Shown here piece after piece: positions 46,014-54,626 of a stretch of 64,000 nucleotides of DNA (positions are counted from its first letter, which is position 1; the number at the start of each line of letters is the position of its first letter). The DNA is taken from assembly GCA_965205465.1 (NCBI GenBank), contig OZ242187.1, positions 2,078,890 through 2,142,889 of the forward strand, given 5' to 3'. Under the pieces are notes generated by a model. That model was not told where the DNA came from, did no database searches, and saw nothing but the letters and a program-made list of their open reading frames with translations. This DNA comes from Candidatus Aldehydirespiratoraceae bacterium (lineage in GTDB: Bacteria > Actinomycetota > Acidimicrobiia > Acidimicrobiales > Aldehydirespiratoraceae). The position numbers and the translations under genes were made by a program.

Positions 46014-47265
46014 TGTGTCAAGACATAGGAAAGGGTCTGGTCGGCTGATGTTGGGGCATGTCGAAACGTCGATCGGTTGTCTTGTCGGTGGTGTTGGAGG
46101 GTCGGACCCAGGCCCAAACGGCCAGGCTCTACGGGGTGTCTGAGGGTTGGGTTTCCAAGCTTGTGGCCCGCTGGCGTGCTGAGGGCGACTCGGCTTTGGA
46201 GGCCCGGTCGCGGCGTCCCGGTAGCTCACCATCCAAGGTCTGTGACGAGACGGTCGAGTTGGTGGTGAACCTACGCTCAGAGCTGTCTGCCCAGGGCCTC
46301 GACGCCGGCCCCCACACCGTCTGCTGGCACCTCCAACAGCACCACCAGATCACCGTGTCGCCATCGACGATCCGGCGCCGTCTCGTCGATCTGGGTCTCG
46401 TGGAGCCCAACCCCAAGAAACGGCCCCGGTCCTCCTATGTCCGGTTCCAAGCCGATCTGCCTAATGAGATGTGGCAGTCAGACTTCACCCACTGGCGCCT
46501 CGCCGCAGGCACCGAGACCGAGATCATCACCTGGCTAGACGACCATTCCCGCTACGCCCTGTCCGTCACCGTGCACCGGCGCATCACCGGACCGATCGTT
46601 GTCGAAACCTTCGACCAAACCTGTGCTGACCACGGGGTTGCTGCGTCCACGCTCACCGACAACGCCATGGTCTACACGACCCGCTTCTCCGGCGGGAAAG
46701 GAGGCCGCAACGCCTTCGAGGCCCGCCTCGCTCACCTCGGCACCGAACAGAAGAACTCCGCGCCCAACCACCCCACCACCTGCGGAAAAGTCGAACGTTT
46801 CCAACAAACCCTCAAAAAATGGCTCACCGCGCGAACCCCCGCCAACGACCTCAACGAACTCCAAGTACTCCTCGACGAATTCACCTACACCTACAACCAC
46901 AACCGGCCCCACCGATCCCTTGGACGTTCAACCCCCGCCGCTGTCTACAACCGGCTCCCCAAAGCCGAACCGGGCCAAACAAGCAACACAACCCACTTCA
47001 GAGTCCGCCACGACCGCATCGACAAAACAGGCACCGTCACACTCCGCCACAACAGCCGACTCCACCACATCGGCATCGGCCGCCGCCACGCCCACACCCC
47101 CGAAACCCTGCTCATCGCCGACCTCGACATCAGAGTCATCGCAACCCACACCGGCGAACTGCTCCGACACCTCACCCTTGACCCGACCCGCGACTACCAA
47201 CCCCAAAACCAACCCTAAAAAACCCCGCCCCGCGTGGGTTCATACCTTTCCTATGTCTTGACACA
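46014..47265 (+). mobile_element. IS481-family insertion sequence (about 1.25 kb), apparently intact
   Basis: 21-bp perfect terminal IRs TGTGTCAAGACATAGGAAAGG (46014-) and CCTTTCCTATGTCTTGACACA (-47265) enclose an rve-type transposase. Confidence 0.85.
46058..47218 (+). CDS. IS481-family transposase (HTH + integrase-core/rve domain)
   Basis: 386 aa. N-terminal HTH (RTQAQTARLYGVSEGWVSKLVARWR), DDE region (WQSDFTHW...WLDDHSR...LTDNAMVYT) and ...YNHNRPHRSLG. Confidence 0.9.
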   Translation: MSKRRSVVLSVVLEGRTQAQTARLYGVSEGWVSKLVARWRAEGDSALEARSRRPGSSPSKVCDETVELVVNLRSELSAQGLDAGPHTVCWHLQQHHQITVSPSTIRRRLVDLGLVEPNPKKRPRSSYVRFQADLPNEMWQSDFTHWRLAAGTETEIITWLDDHSRYALSVTVHRRITGPIVVETFDQTCADHGVAASTLTDNAMVYTTRFSGGKGGRNAFEARLAHLGTEQKNSAPNHPTTCGKVERFQQTLKKWLTARTPANDLNELQVLLDEFTYTYNHNRPHRSLGRSTPAAVYNRLPKAEPGQTSNTTHFRVRHDRIDKTGTVTLRHNSRLHHIGIGRRHAHTPETLLIADLDIRVIATHTGELLRHLTLDPTRDYQPQNQP

Positions 47266-47273
47266 TCACAGAG

Positions 47274-47362
47274 CGGAGACGGTGGGATTCGAACCCACGA
47301 ACGCCTTACGACGTTACTTCCTTAGCAGGGAAGCGCCTTCAACCTGGCTCGGCCACGTCTCC
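47274..47362 (-). tRNA. tRNA-Ser (anticodon GCT)
   Basis: The reverse complement GGAGACGTGGCCGAGCCAGGTTGAAGGCGCTTCCCTGCTAAGGAAGTAACGTCGTAAGGCGTTCGTGGGTTCGAATCCCACCGTCTCCG has a long variable arm and anticodon loop CTGCTAA. CCA is not encoded. Confidence 0.95.
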
Positions 47363-47466
47363 AGAGTTGTGAGGCTAGCGCACAGAAGAACAAGCCCACC
47401 TTCCTGATAATGTTCCTGTAAGCGGAACGTCATTCCGCAAACAAGCGAACCGGAAAGGGGGCACTC

Positions 47467-47745
47467 GTGCCTGATGTCGTGGGGTACCGGGCCAAGATCG
47501 GGGTCATCGTGCCGTCGACCAACACTGTCGTCGAACACGACTTCACCCGGGTGCGTCCGCCCGGAGTCACCTTCCATAGCGGACGCTTCTTAGTAGAAGC
47601 ACCCGACCTGAGCAGCGACGAGGCATTCCTGCATTTCCTGGATCTCATCCGCGAGACCATCCCCACCGCAATCCGCGACATCATGACCTGCAAACCCGAC
47701 CACATCCTCATGGGCATGTCAGCCGAGACATTCTGGGGAGGTTCG
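47467..47745 (+). pseudogene. N-terminal ~93 codons of a maleate isomerase / Asp-Glu racemase-family gene (truncated)
   Basis: ...YRAKIGVIVPSTNTVVEHDF...PPGVTFHSGRF...ILMGMSAETFWGG then runs out of frame into the next gene. The expected C-terminal ~150 aa are absent. Confidence 0.65.
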
Positions 47746-48317
47746 GCAAGCGGCCCGCCCTCGTTGTCATCGACTTCTGTCGGGCCTACCTGGATGAGGC
47801 GTCGCCGCTTTATGCCGGGGTGGAGGATGCCCGCGCTTCATGTGTGCGGGTGCTGAACGCTGCCCGAACCGCTCAGATCCCGGTGCTGCACACGAGAGTG
47901 GAGTTCCAACCCGGTGGGGCCGACGGCGGCATATTCTTCCGCAAGGTCGGTGCCCTTGAGTGTTTCGTGAGGGGTAACCCGCTTGGCGAGTACGGCGCTG
48001 GTCTCGAACCCACCGCTGGTGAGGTGGTGGTCGTGAAGCAGTATGCCTCAGGGTTTTTCGGCACTTCGCTGGCTTCGACGCTCACCGCGATGGGTATCGA
48101 CACGCTGATCCACACCGGTGTTTCCACCAGTGGTTGCGTTAGAGCCACGGCGCTGGATGCCTGCCAGCACGGGTTTGTGCCGATCGTGGTGCGTGATGCC
48201 TGCGGGGACCGGGACGCAACGGTGCATGAGTCCAACCTGTTCGACCTCGACGCCAAATATGGTGATGTTGTCTCCGAACAAGAAGTGCTGGCCTACCTGG
48301 CAACTCGAAGAGCCTGA
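47742..48317 (+). pseudogene. Isochorismatase-family hydrolase (maleamate/N-carbamoylsarcosine amidase-like), 5'-truncated
   Basis: The frame reads FGKRPALVVIDFCRAYLDEASPLYAG...VKQYASGFFGT...HTGVSTSGCVRATALDA. No canonical start lies upstream of the catalytic-Asp segment (VVIDF); the first start is GTG 47820. Confidence 0.7.
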
Positions 48318-48319
48318 GA

Positions 48320-48415
48320 CTCAGGCCGGGTTACTGGGACGGAACGAACAGCGTCGCAGGCTAACCGACCAACAACACTGTTTTTGCCGAACAACTCGCT
48401 TGACGTTGGGTGAAC
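48320..48415. repeat. Solo remnant resembling the 3' end (34 bp) fused to the upstream region of the lipoprotein gene 49152..50774
   Basis: 48320-48353 matches 49141-49174 (32/34). 48353-48373 GTCGCAGGCTAACCGACCAAC is identical to 50799-50819, with weaker similarity onward (CTCGCT..TTGGGTGAA). Confidence 0.65.
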
Positions 48416-48841
48416 TCAGAGCGGGTTGCGCCAGTTCAGCCCCGGGAAGCGTGCGAAGTCGCTGTCGTTGGAGTGGACCTCTGCTTGGTGCTCAACGGCC
48501 AACGCGGCGATGTGGGCGTCGGTGACGAGGTCTCCTCCTGTGCCGGCGGCAGCCAGCATGTTGCGCAAGATCGCGATGTGCTGGGGGCCCGGGTTCAGCG
48601 GTGAAACGGTGGGTGAGTTGAACCATTGGGCCATGAGGTCGACGGCGTGCACCGGATCCGCTGGGGTGTTCATGACCCTGGGGTGGGTGAGCAGTCGCAC
48701 GAAACCTGCCGCCACCAGCCACGGAACCCCGACTCGTTCGGTTCCGTTCACCAGATCCTCCCACCATTGCCGGGCCGGATCGTGCAGTGGCGCGCCGGTG
48801 CTGTGGGCGTATACGAGAAGGTTCAGGTCCGGGACAATCAC
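48416..48841 (-). CDS. PIN-domain toxin (VapC)
   Basis: 141 aa. MIVPDLNLLVYA...LVTDAHIAALAVEH...VHSNDSDFARF. A 4-nt overlap links it to the antitoxin gene. Confidence 0.85.
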   Translation of the reverse strand: MIVPDLNLLVYAHSTGAPLHDPARQWWEDLVNGTERVGVPWLVAAGFVRLLTHPRVMNTPADPVHAVDLMAQWFNSPTVSPLNPGPQHIAILRNMLAAAGTGGDLVTDAHIAALAVEHQAEVHSNDSDFARFPGLNWRNPL

Positions 48842-49095
48842 TGTGGCGGTGAACCAGCGAAGTCGTCGGCCGCAAGCGAGTCGTTGAGCTGATTCAGCCG
48901 CAACGGATCGATGCCGGGTCTGAAACCGCTGTCGTGGGGCCTGATCTTGTAGTCGGACTCCGTCTTTGCGAGCACCGGGGACAGGCCCCGCCGCAGGGTG
49001 TCGTTGACGACATGCTTGAACGGCACTCCCACCCGTTGGGCGTGTTCTCTGAGGGCCGCGGCCAAGTCATCATCGAGAGTCAACGTTGTTCGCAT
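48838..49095 (-). CDS. VapB-type antitoxin
   Basis: 85 aa. MRTTLTLDDDLAAALREHAQRVGVPFKHVVNDTLRRGL is a typical VapB N-terminus. Confidence 0.8.
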   Translation of the reverse strand: MRTTLTLDDDLAAALREHAQRVGVPFKHVVNDTLRRGLSPVLAKTESDYKIRPHDSGFRPGIDPLRLNQLNDSLAADDFAGSPPQ

Positions 49096-49151
49096 TCAGA
49101 CATCATAGCATCTCAAATTTATGATGCTCTGATGTGTCCGCTCAGGCCGGG

Positions 49152-50774
49152 TTACTGGTACGAAACGAACAGCGCGTCGGGGGTCAGGGCCAACACTTGT
49201 GCAGCGGTGGCGGTGGGGGAGTCCTCGTCGTAGAAGTTCTTCCAACCCCAATAGAACTGGTCGGCATCGGACTGGCGGGTGAGGGCATTCCAAGAGCTGT
49301 ACTTGGTCGACAGCGGACCTTGGCCGTCCATATGGACCAGAACCGCCAGCTCGGCAGGAGTCTCGACCAGATGGCGGTTCGTGATCATGGAGAACCGGAA
49401 CTGGTGGAGCACCAGCAACTTCTGGGGAAGAGCCTCTTCCCGGACAATTCCCGCCAACCACTCGACAACCTGGTTGATCTCTGCTGCGTCGACCGTGCCG
49501 ATCTGCCGCAGATGACGCTCGCCGGGCTTCAGCCTCCACTCGGGATCCAGTGCCAGCCCCACATGGGGGAGGCGCAAGAACTCCTCGTAGATCTTTGCCT
49601 GTGAGAGATAATCGGATAGTCCGGGCTGAAGATCCAAGACCACGTAGATGTCGTTGGCGGCCGCCGTCTCGATTAGGGGCCTGAGCACGTCCAGAGCGGT
49701 CTCATTGGAGAAGTTCCCGTCGCGACCGCTGCTCGCGGCAGCCACGGTGGCGATGATCTCGAAGGTGGGAAGCACGGTGGATCCGTCCGCGTCGTAGCCC
49801 TCGGCGATCGACCGCAGTCGTTCGACGGATGCATTGGGTCCCTGTTCTCCCAACACTCCGAGCCCTGATGTCTGTGGATGGCCGTACATGGCAACCATGC
49901 GGCGGGGTTGGTTTGGATCAAACAAGAGGAAACCACCCCCAGGCAGTTCAGCGCCACGGCGGATTACATCCAATTGCCAGGCTGCGTCCTCGCCGTAGTC
50001 CGAAAGCAGTTCCACCTCAGAAGCAGCGGCGATCATTTCCCGTTCCTTCGGAGAAGCGGCTCGGAGGTCCCCAGCCACAGTGATCACGCTGACACCGATT
50101 TGGTTGCCGAGAACCGCCAGCGGCAAAGCCTCGGTGTAGTTGTCGACAAGCCAGACGCGGTCATAAGACCCACCTTGAGGCAAGAGTTCGGCCTGCTGAT
50201 CGACAGTTACGGACTCGGAGACGAAGTCGGCCAGCTCGCCGTTGAGGTGCCGGTCGTCAATTCCTACAGCAACGATCTTCTCTGGAGCGAGACGCCCAAG
50301 CTCGTCCAGCAGAGGAACATCAAATTGACGATCGACGAATAGCAGCGGCCCCTGAATCCCCTGAGACTGAAGCGTGGAGATCGCGGCAGGGTCGGTGGCG
50401 TAGGCAAGACCGACCTCGTGGGCGCAGTCATAGGTGGCCTGTGATATCTCGATGCTGGCAGCCGTTGGAGAGGGTTGGGATAAGCGAAGATCGTTGGGAA
50501 TATGGGGTGAACAATCGCGCTCGGACTCGTCTACTTCGGGCGGTTCGACCCGATCGTCGGCGTCTGTTGATCCCTGGACTTTCTCGGATGCGGTTGTGCC
50601 CGGCTGAGCGGGTTCGTCGTTTTCGACAGAACTGGTCGAACCCGGGTCTGGAATGCCCTCGTCTCCAGAAGCGCAAGCCGCAATTACCAACAAGGCCACC
50701 AAGAGAAAATGTCGGGTCGCAAAACACCAAGAGCTGCAACTGCGCTCCAGGCCTAGAGAATTCAGCGAACCCAA
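49152..50774 (-). CDS. Exported lipoprotein of unknown function
   Basis: TTG 50774 with GGAGG 6 nt upstream gives M-GSLNSLGLERSCSSWCFATRHFLLVALLVIAAC (lipobox). An acidic linker is followed by a ~450-aa conserved-looking body. The ORF extension to 50978 overlaps another gene fragment. Confidence 0.75.
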   Translation of the reverse strand: MGSLNSLGLERSCSSWCFATRHFLLVALLVIAACASGDEGIPDPGSTSSVENDEPAQPGTTASEKVQGSTDADDRVEPPEVDESERDCSPHIPNDLRLSQPSPTAASIEISQATYDCAHEVGLAYATDPAAISTLQSQGIQGPLLFVDRQFDVPLLDELGRLAPEKIVAVGIDDRHLNGELADFVSESVTVDQQAELLPQGGSYDRVWLVDNYTEALPLAVLGNQIGVSVITVAGDLRAASPKEREMIAAASEVELLSDYGEDAAWQLDVIRRGAELPGGGFLLFDPNQPRRMVAMYGHPQTSGLGVLGEQGPNASVERLRSIAEGYDADGSTVLPTFEIIATVAAASSGRDGNFSNETALDVLRPLIETAAANDIYVVLDLQPGLSDYLSQAKIYEEFLRLPHVGLALDPEWRLKPGERHLRQIGTVDAAEINQVVEWLAGIVREEALPQKLLVLHQFRFSMITNRHLVETPAELAVLVHMDGQGPLSTKYSSWNALTRQSDADQFYWGWKNFYDEDSPTATAAQVLALTPDALFVSYQ

Positions 50775-50889
50775 TTTGAACCTCCGAGTGCCGGTCGAGT
50801 CGCAGGCTAACCGACCAACGACCCAATTCGTGTCAAAAGCTCGCTCGGCTTTGGGTGAATTTGCACCGCCTGGTCGCCCAATCGTCGCG

Positions 50890-51219
50890 CTACGACGACA
50901 GCGTGCTCCAGTCCACGGATTGAGGTAGGCGACCCAGGGGTTCGGACCCGATGGCCTCGACATACTTCTGGGCTGCACCGGTGTTGAATATCACGACCCG
51001 CTCGTCGGGGTGGATCGCCTTCTCGGCGACGAGCAGTTCAAGCACTCCGAGGCAGGCACCGGCCTCGGGGGCGAAAGGGATGCCTTCCAGCGCGGCGCCC
51101 TGCCGAGCCCCGTAGTAGGCAGCTTCGAGCTGGTTGACGATCGGAGTGTCAGCGGGCATGAAGACGAACGCCTCCATGCCAACTCGGGCTGCGTAAGCGG
51201 CCATTGCGCCCCCTGCGTT
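50890..51219 (-). pseudogene. Fragment of a PLP-dependent threonine synthase-like gene with an internal deletion
   Basis: [26 protein letters not shown]...YYGAR jumps directly to ...LEGIPFAPEAGACLGVLELLVAEKAIHPDERVVIFNTGAAQKY. About 200 aa of the fold and the N-terminus are missing. Confidence 0.6.
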
Positions 51220-51229
51220 GCGCACGGGA

Positions 51230-51364
51230 AACGTTCTCGTGAAGTTCGGCCCAGGACATCGAGGACTCGAGACCATCCTCGCGACAAAACAGGATCGCCG
51301 GGGCATCGTCGTTGCGTCGGAGAAGGTTCTCCGCGTAGTTCAGCCGCGCATCTGGGAAGAACTG
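51230..51364 (-). pseudogene. Inverted fragment of an acetoacetyl-CoA synthetase-like (AMP-forming ligase) gene
   Basis: [45 protein letters not shown] matches the N-terminal region of acetoacetate-CoA ligases. Its orientation is opposite to the next fragment. Confidence 0.6.
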
Positions 51365-51365
51365 G

Positions 51366-51530
51366 GTGGGCGATCGCGTCGCCGCCTGGATCCCGAATGT
51401 CCCGGAGACGTACGTGGTCATGCTCGCGGCAGCTTCGCTTGGCGCCGTGTTCTCGTCGTCGTCACCGGACTTCGGCGCCGACAGCGTTGTAGATCGTTTC
51501 GGTCAGATCGAACCGGTTGTGCTGGTTGCT
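51366..51530 (+). pseudogene. Fragment of the same acetoacetyl-CoA synthetase-like gene (next segment, + strand)
   Basis: [55 protein letters not shown] matches the segment that normally follows the one at 51230-51364. Confidence 0.65.
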
Positions 51531-52313
51531 GCAGGTGTTGTCCGAGGGCATCGCGCGTACTTGACCGGCGCCAGCGACGAGGTGATCGATGATTGGCATC
51601 GCTCTACTGGCGTGACCATGGTGACGATCGCTCCGGAGCTTCCCGGGGCGCTCGATGTCATAGGCGAACTCAACCGCAGAGGAATCGTTGTTGCCGCCGG
51701 ACACTCGGCTGCTACCGCGAACGAGGTGCTGGCGGCCATCGCCGCCGGAGTAAGCACGGTCACCCATCTCTTCAACGCGATGGCTCCTCTCGGGCATCGA
51801 AGTCCGAATCTGGTCGGTGTGGCTCTGGCGGACACGCGTCTCACGGCCGCCATGATCGTCGACGGTGTGCATGTCGACCCCGTCGCGGTGGCGGCGGCCT
51901 GGAACGCCAAGGGGCCCGACGGAATCGCTTTGGTGACCGACGCCGTCTCGGCAATGGGGCAGCCGCCCGGTGCCTACCGGCTGTCGGGCACTCCCACTGT
52001 CTTCGATGGCGTGAGCATCCGTGCTGCAAACGGTGTCCTAGCCGGCAGCGCGGTCACCTTGAACCGAGCTGCGGCCAACCTTGCCGAGTTCACGGGCTGT
52101 GACCGGCACGAGGCTCTAGCGGCCGCGACCTCGATACCGGCGGGGATCATCGGCGAGACCCGCCGGGGGCGCCTGGACCCGGGCTCGATCGCCGACCTGG
52201 TGCTCCTTGATGACGGCTACCGGGTCCAAGCAACGGTTTGCGGCGGTCTCGTGACCCATCTCGACAGGGCATCCGAGCACCGCTTCCCGGAATCGCTCGT
52301 GAAGGTCTCATAG
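51531..52313 (+). pseudogene. nagA: N-acetylglucosamine-6-phosphate deacetylase, lacking the N-terminal ~140 aa and fused in frame to the ligase fragment
   Basis: ...[39 protein letters not shown]...THLFNAM...GLVTDA... is NagA-like. The N-terminal metal-binding part is absent. Confidence 0.75.
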
Positions 52314-52317
52314 GGCG

Positions 52318-53103
52318 ATGGAGGTCGTCATCGCAGGTTCGGCCCGAGAGGTTGCGGTCGTGGCGGCCGATGCTTTCGAGAGTGTGCTGTCGACCGCCGA
52401 GCAGCCCGTCCTCGGGTTGGCTACGGGCCGTTCCCCCCTTCCCACCTACCGCGAGCTCATTGAGCGTCACCGCGACGGGCGGGTGAGTTTCGCTCGCACG
52501 CGAATGTTCCTGCTCGATGAGTACGTGGGCCTCGACCCAAAGCATCCGCAGTCGTTCCAGAGCTTCATCCGACGCGAGCTCATCGACCATGTGGACACTC
52601 CCGAAGGCGCTCTGATCGTTCCTGAAAGCGCCTCGGCGGATCTCGCCTCGGCGGCTGAAGCCTACGAACGGCGCATCGCCGAAGCGGGTGGCATCGACTT
52701 GCAACTGCTCGGCATCGGCCGCAACGGCCACATCGGATTCAACGAGCCGCCGTCCTCGCTGGGGTCGAGAACACGCTTGACGACGCTGGCCCGGTCAACC
52801 CGCACCGACAACGCCCACTCGTTCGATGACAACCCCGACAAGGTGCCCCGAAACGGGATCTCTATGGGGGTCGGCACCATTCTCGAGGCCCGCCACGTTG
52901 TGTTGATCGCCACCGGCGAGGTCAAAAGCGAGCCGATCGCCAAGGCTGTGGAGGGACCCGTTACTGCGATGGTGCCGGCATCCGCTCTACAACTGCACCC
53001 CCACGCCACAGTCATCATTGACGAAGCTGCCGGCCGGCAACTGGAACACGCCGACTACTACCGCGAGACATACCGCAACAAGCCCGACCAGCAACATCAT
53101 TGA
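52318..53103 (+). CDS. nagB: Glucosamine-6-phosphate deaminase
   Basis: 261 aa. LGLATGRSP, FLLDEYVGL and LLGIGRNGHIGFNEP motifs. Confidence 0.9.
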   Translation: MEVVIAGSAREVAVVAADAFESVLSTAEQPVLGLATGRSPLPTYRELIERHRDGRVSFARTRMFLLDEYVGLDPKHPQSFQSFIRRELIDHVDTPEGALIVPESASADLASAAEAYERRIAEAGGIDLQLLGIGRNGHIGFNEPPSSLGSRTRLTTLARSTRTDNAHSFDDNPDKVPRNGISMGVGTILEARHVVLIATGEVKSEPIAKAVEGPVTAMVPASALQLHPHATVIIDEAAGRQLEHADYYRETYRNKPDQQHH

Positions 53104-53140
53104 ACAAGTCTGATCAGCAACATCATTGAACGAGTCTGAT
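53089..53140 (+). repeat. 26-bp tandem duplication spanning the nagB stop codon
   Basis: CAGCAACATCATTGAACAAGTCTGAT followed immediately by CAGCAACATCATTGAACGAGTCTGAT (1 mismatch). Confidence 0.9.
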
Positions 53141-53316
53141 TGAAACAGCCGCGGCGGTGCAACAACCGGCCTGTCAGCGAACGGCCGAGTAGTCGACAGG
53201 CTCGCGCAACCAGCGCCTGTCCCCACGGCCGCTGCATGGCATGACTCCGAACATGGCCTTGACAAGTATATGTTAGTTCGCTAATCAATCATATCCGGCT
53301 TCACGGGGAGAGAGCA

Positions 53317-54417
53317 GTGCTGTTGCGGGTTGCGGCGAAAGTAGGGCATCAGGACACTCGGAGCACGAACCGGCGGTTGGTGCTGCAGGCGCTGGTCCGC
53401 TCAAGCGGTCGCAGCCGCGCCGATCTGGCCCGCATGACCGGTCTCACGCCGGCGACGGTGTCGGCGCTGGTGGCTGACTTGTTCGAGGAGGGCCTTGTCG
53501 AAGAGTTGGGGCGGGGCCCGGCCAAGGTGGGCAAACCTTCGCAGCTGCTGGGGTTGAACGCCGGCTCACGGAACATCATCTGCGTCGACTTGAGCGACAG
53601 TTCGGTGCTGCGGGCCGCGGTGATCGATCTGTCCGGTGAGATCATCCATCGGGTCGAGCACCCGTTCGTAGGGGTCGCCGGCGAGGCGGCGGTCGCGCTG
53701 ACCTGCGATGCGGTCGCGGAGGCGGTCTCGGCGGCGCTGGCGCCGCTGTTGGGTGTCGGGGTGGGAACGCCCGGGGTGGTGGCGCCCGAGGGCATCGTGG
53801 TCGAGGCCAGCCGCTTGGGCTGGACCGGCCTAGACCTGGCTCAGCGGCTCGGTGACCGCTTCAGTGTGGCGGTGAGGGTTTCCAACGACGCCAACGCGGC
53901 CGCGCTGGCTGAGTACTCCCACGGGTCGGGCAGCCACAATTTGATGGTCATCCGCATCGGTAGCGGTGTGGGCGCTGGGATAGTGCTCAACGGCCAGCGC
54001 TACTACGGCGAGAGCTTCGCGGCAGGCGAGATCGGCCACGTAGTCGTCGTTGACGACGGCCCCCGGTGCTCGTGCGGCAACCGGGGCTGTCTGGAGACCT
54101 TTGTGTCGGCTCCGTTGCTGAGCGCTGCCATCGCGGCCGGCGAGGACCCCCACGAGGTCGTGGCGGCCGCTGGGCGGCGGCTCGGCGTCGCGTTGGCCCC
54201 AGCGGTGAGCGTGCTCGACATCCATGACATCGTCGTGTCCAGCTACGGGCTGCCCCTCCCGGATGAGCTGTGCGGGGCCGCCTTGGAGTCGCTGCGAGCG
54301 CGCACCCTGGCCCGCTTGGCTCGTTCGGTCACTCTGCGGCCGTCGAGTCTCGGCGCCGACATGGTCCTTCTCGGCGCGAGCGTTCTCGTGCTGAGTCAAG
54401 AGCTTGGGGTCGCCTGA
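53317..54417 (+). CDS. ROK-family transcriptional regulator (NagC/Mlc-like)
   Basis: N-terminal wHTH (RRLVLQALVRSSGRSRADLARMTGLTPATVSALVADL) plus a ROK sugar-kinase-like body with a CSCGNRGCLE zinc motif. Confidence 0.85.
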   Translation: MLLRVAAKVGHQDTRSTNRRLVLQALVRSSGRSRADLARMTGLTPATVSALVADLFEEGLVEELGRGPAKVGKPSQLLGLNAGSRNIICVDLSDSSVLRAAVIDLSGEIIHRVEHPFVGVAGEAAVALTCDAVAEAVSAALAPLLGVGVGTPGVVAPEGIVVEASRLGWTGLDLAQRLGDRFSVAVRVSNDANAAALAEYSHGSGSHNLMVIRIGSGVGAGIVLNGQRYYGESFAAGEIGHVVVVDDGPRCSCGNRGCLETFVSAPLLSAAIAAGEDPHEVVAAAGRRLGVALAPAVSVLDIHDIVVSSYGLPLPDELCGAALESLRARTLARLARSVTLRPSSLGADMVLLGASVLVLSQELGVA

Positions 54418-54626
54418 CGGCACCCCGCAACCGAATGAAACGAACAACGAGTCACCCAAAGCGGACCGCGAGGTACCCGCACTTCCACAGTGAGACCAAC
54501 GCTGTCAAGTGGTAGACGACGCTGTTCCAGGGGGCGCCGCTGTTGTCGACCGGCAGGGCTATCGAGGTGGTGTGGCTTTTGTGGTAGCGTTCGTAAATCC
54601 TGTTACAACGGACCTGCTATTGATCC

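Noticed and set aside
54450-54600. Minus-strand peptide ...ERYHKSHTTSIALPVDNSGAPWNSVVYHLTALVSLWKCGYLAVRFG* between the ROK and TetR genes, as a gene remnant.
   Set aside because: It is below the ORF-track length threshold, has no start, and I could not assign a family with any confidence.
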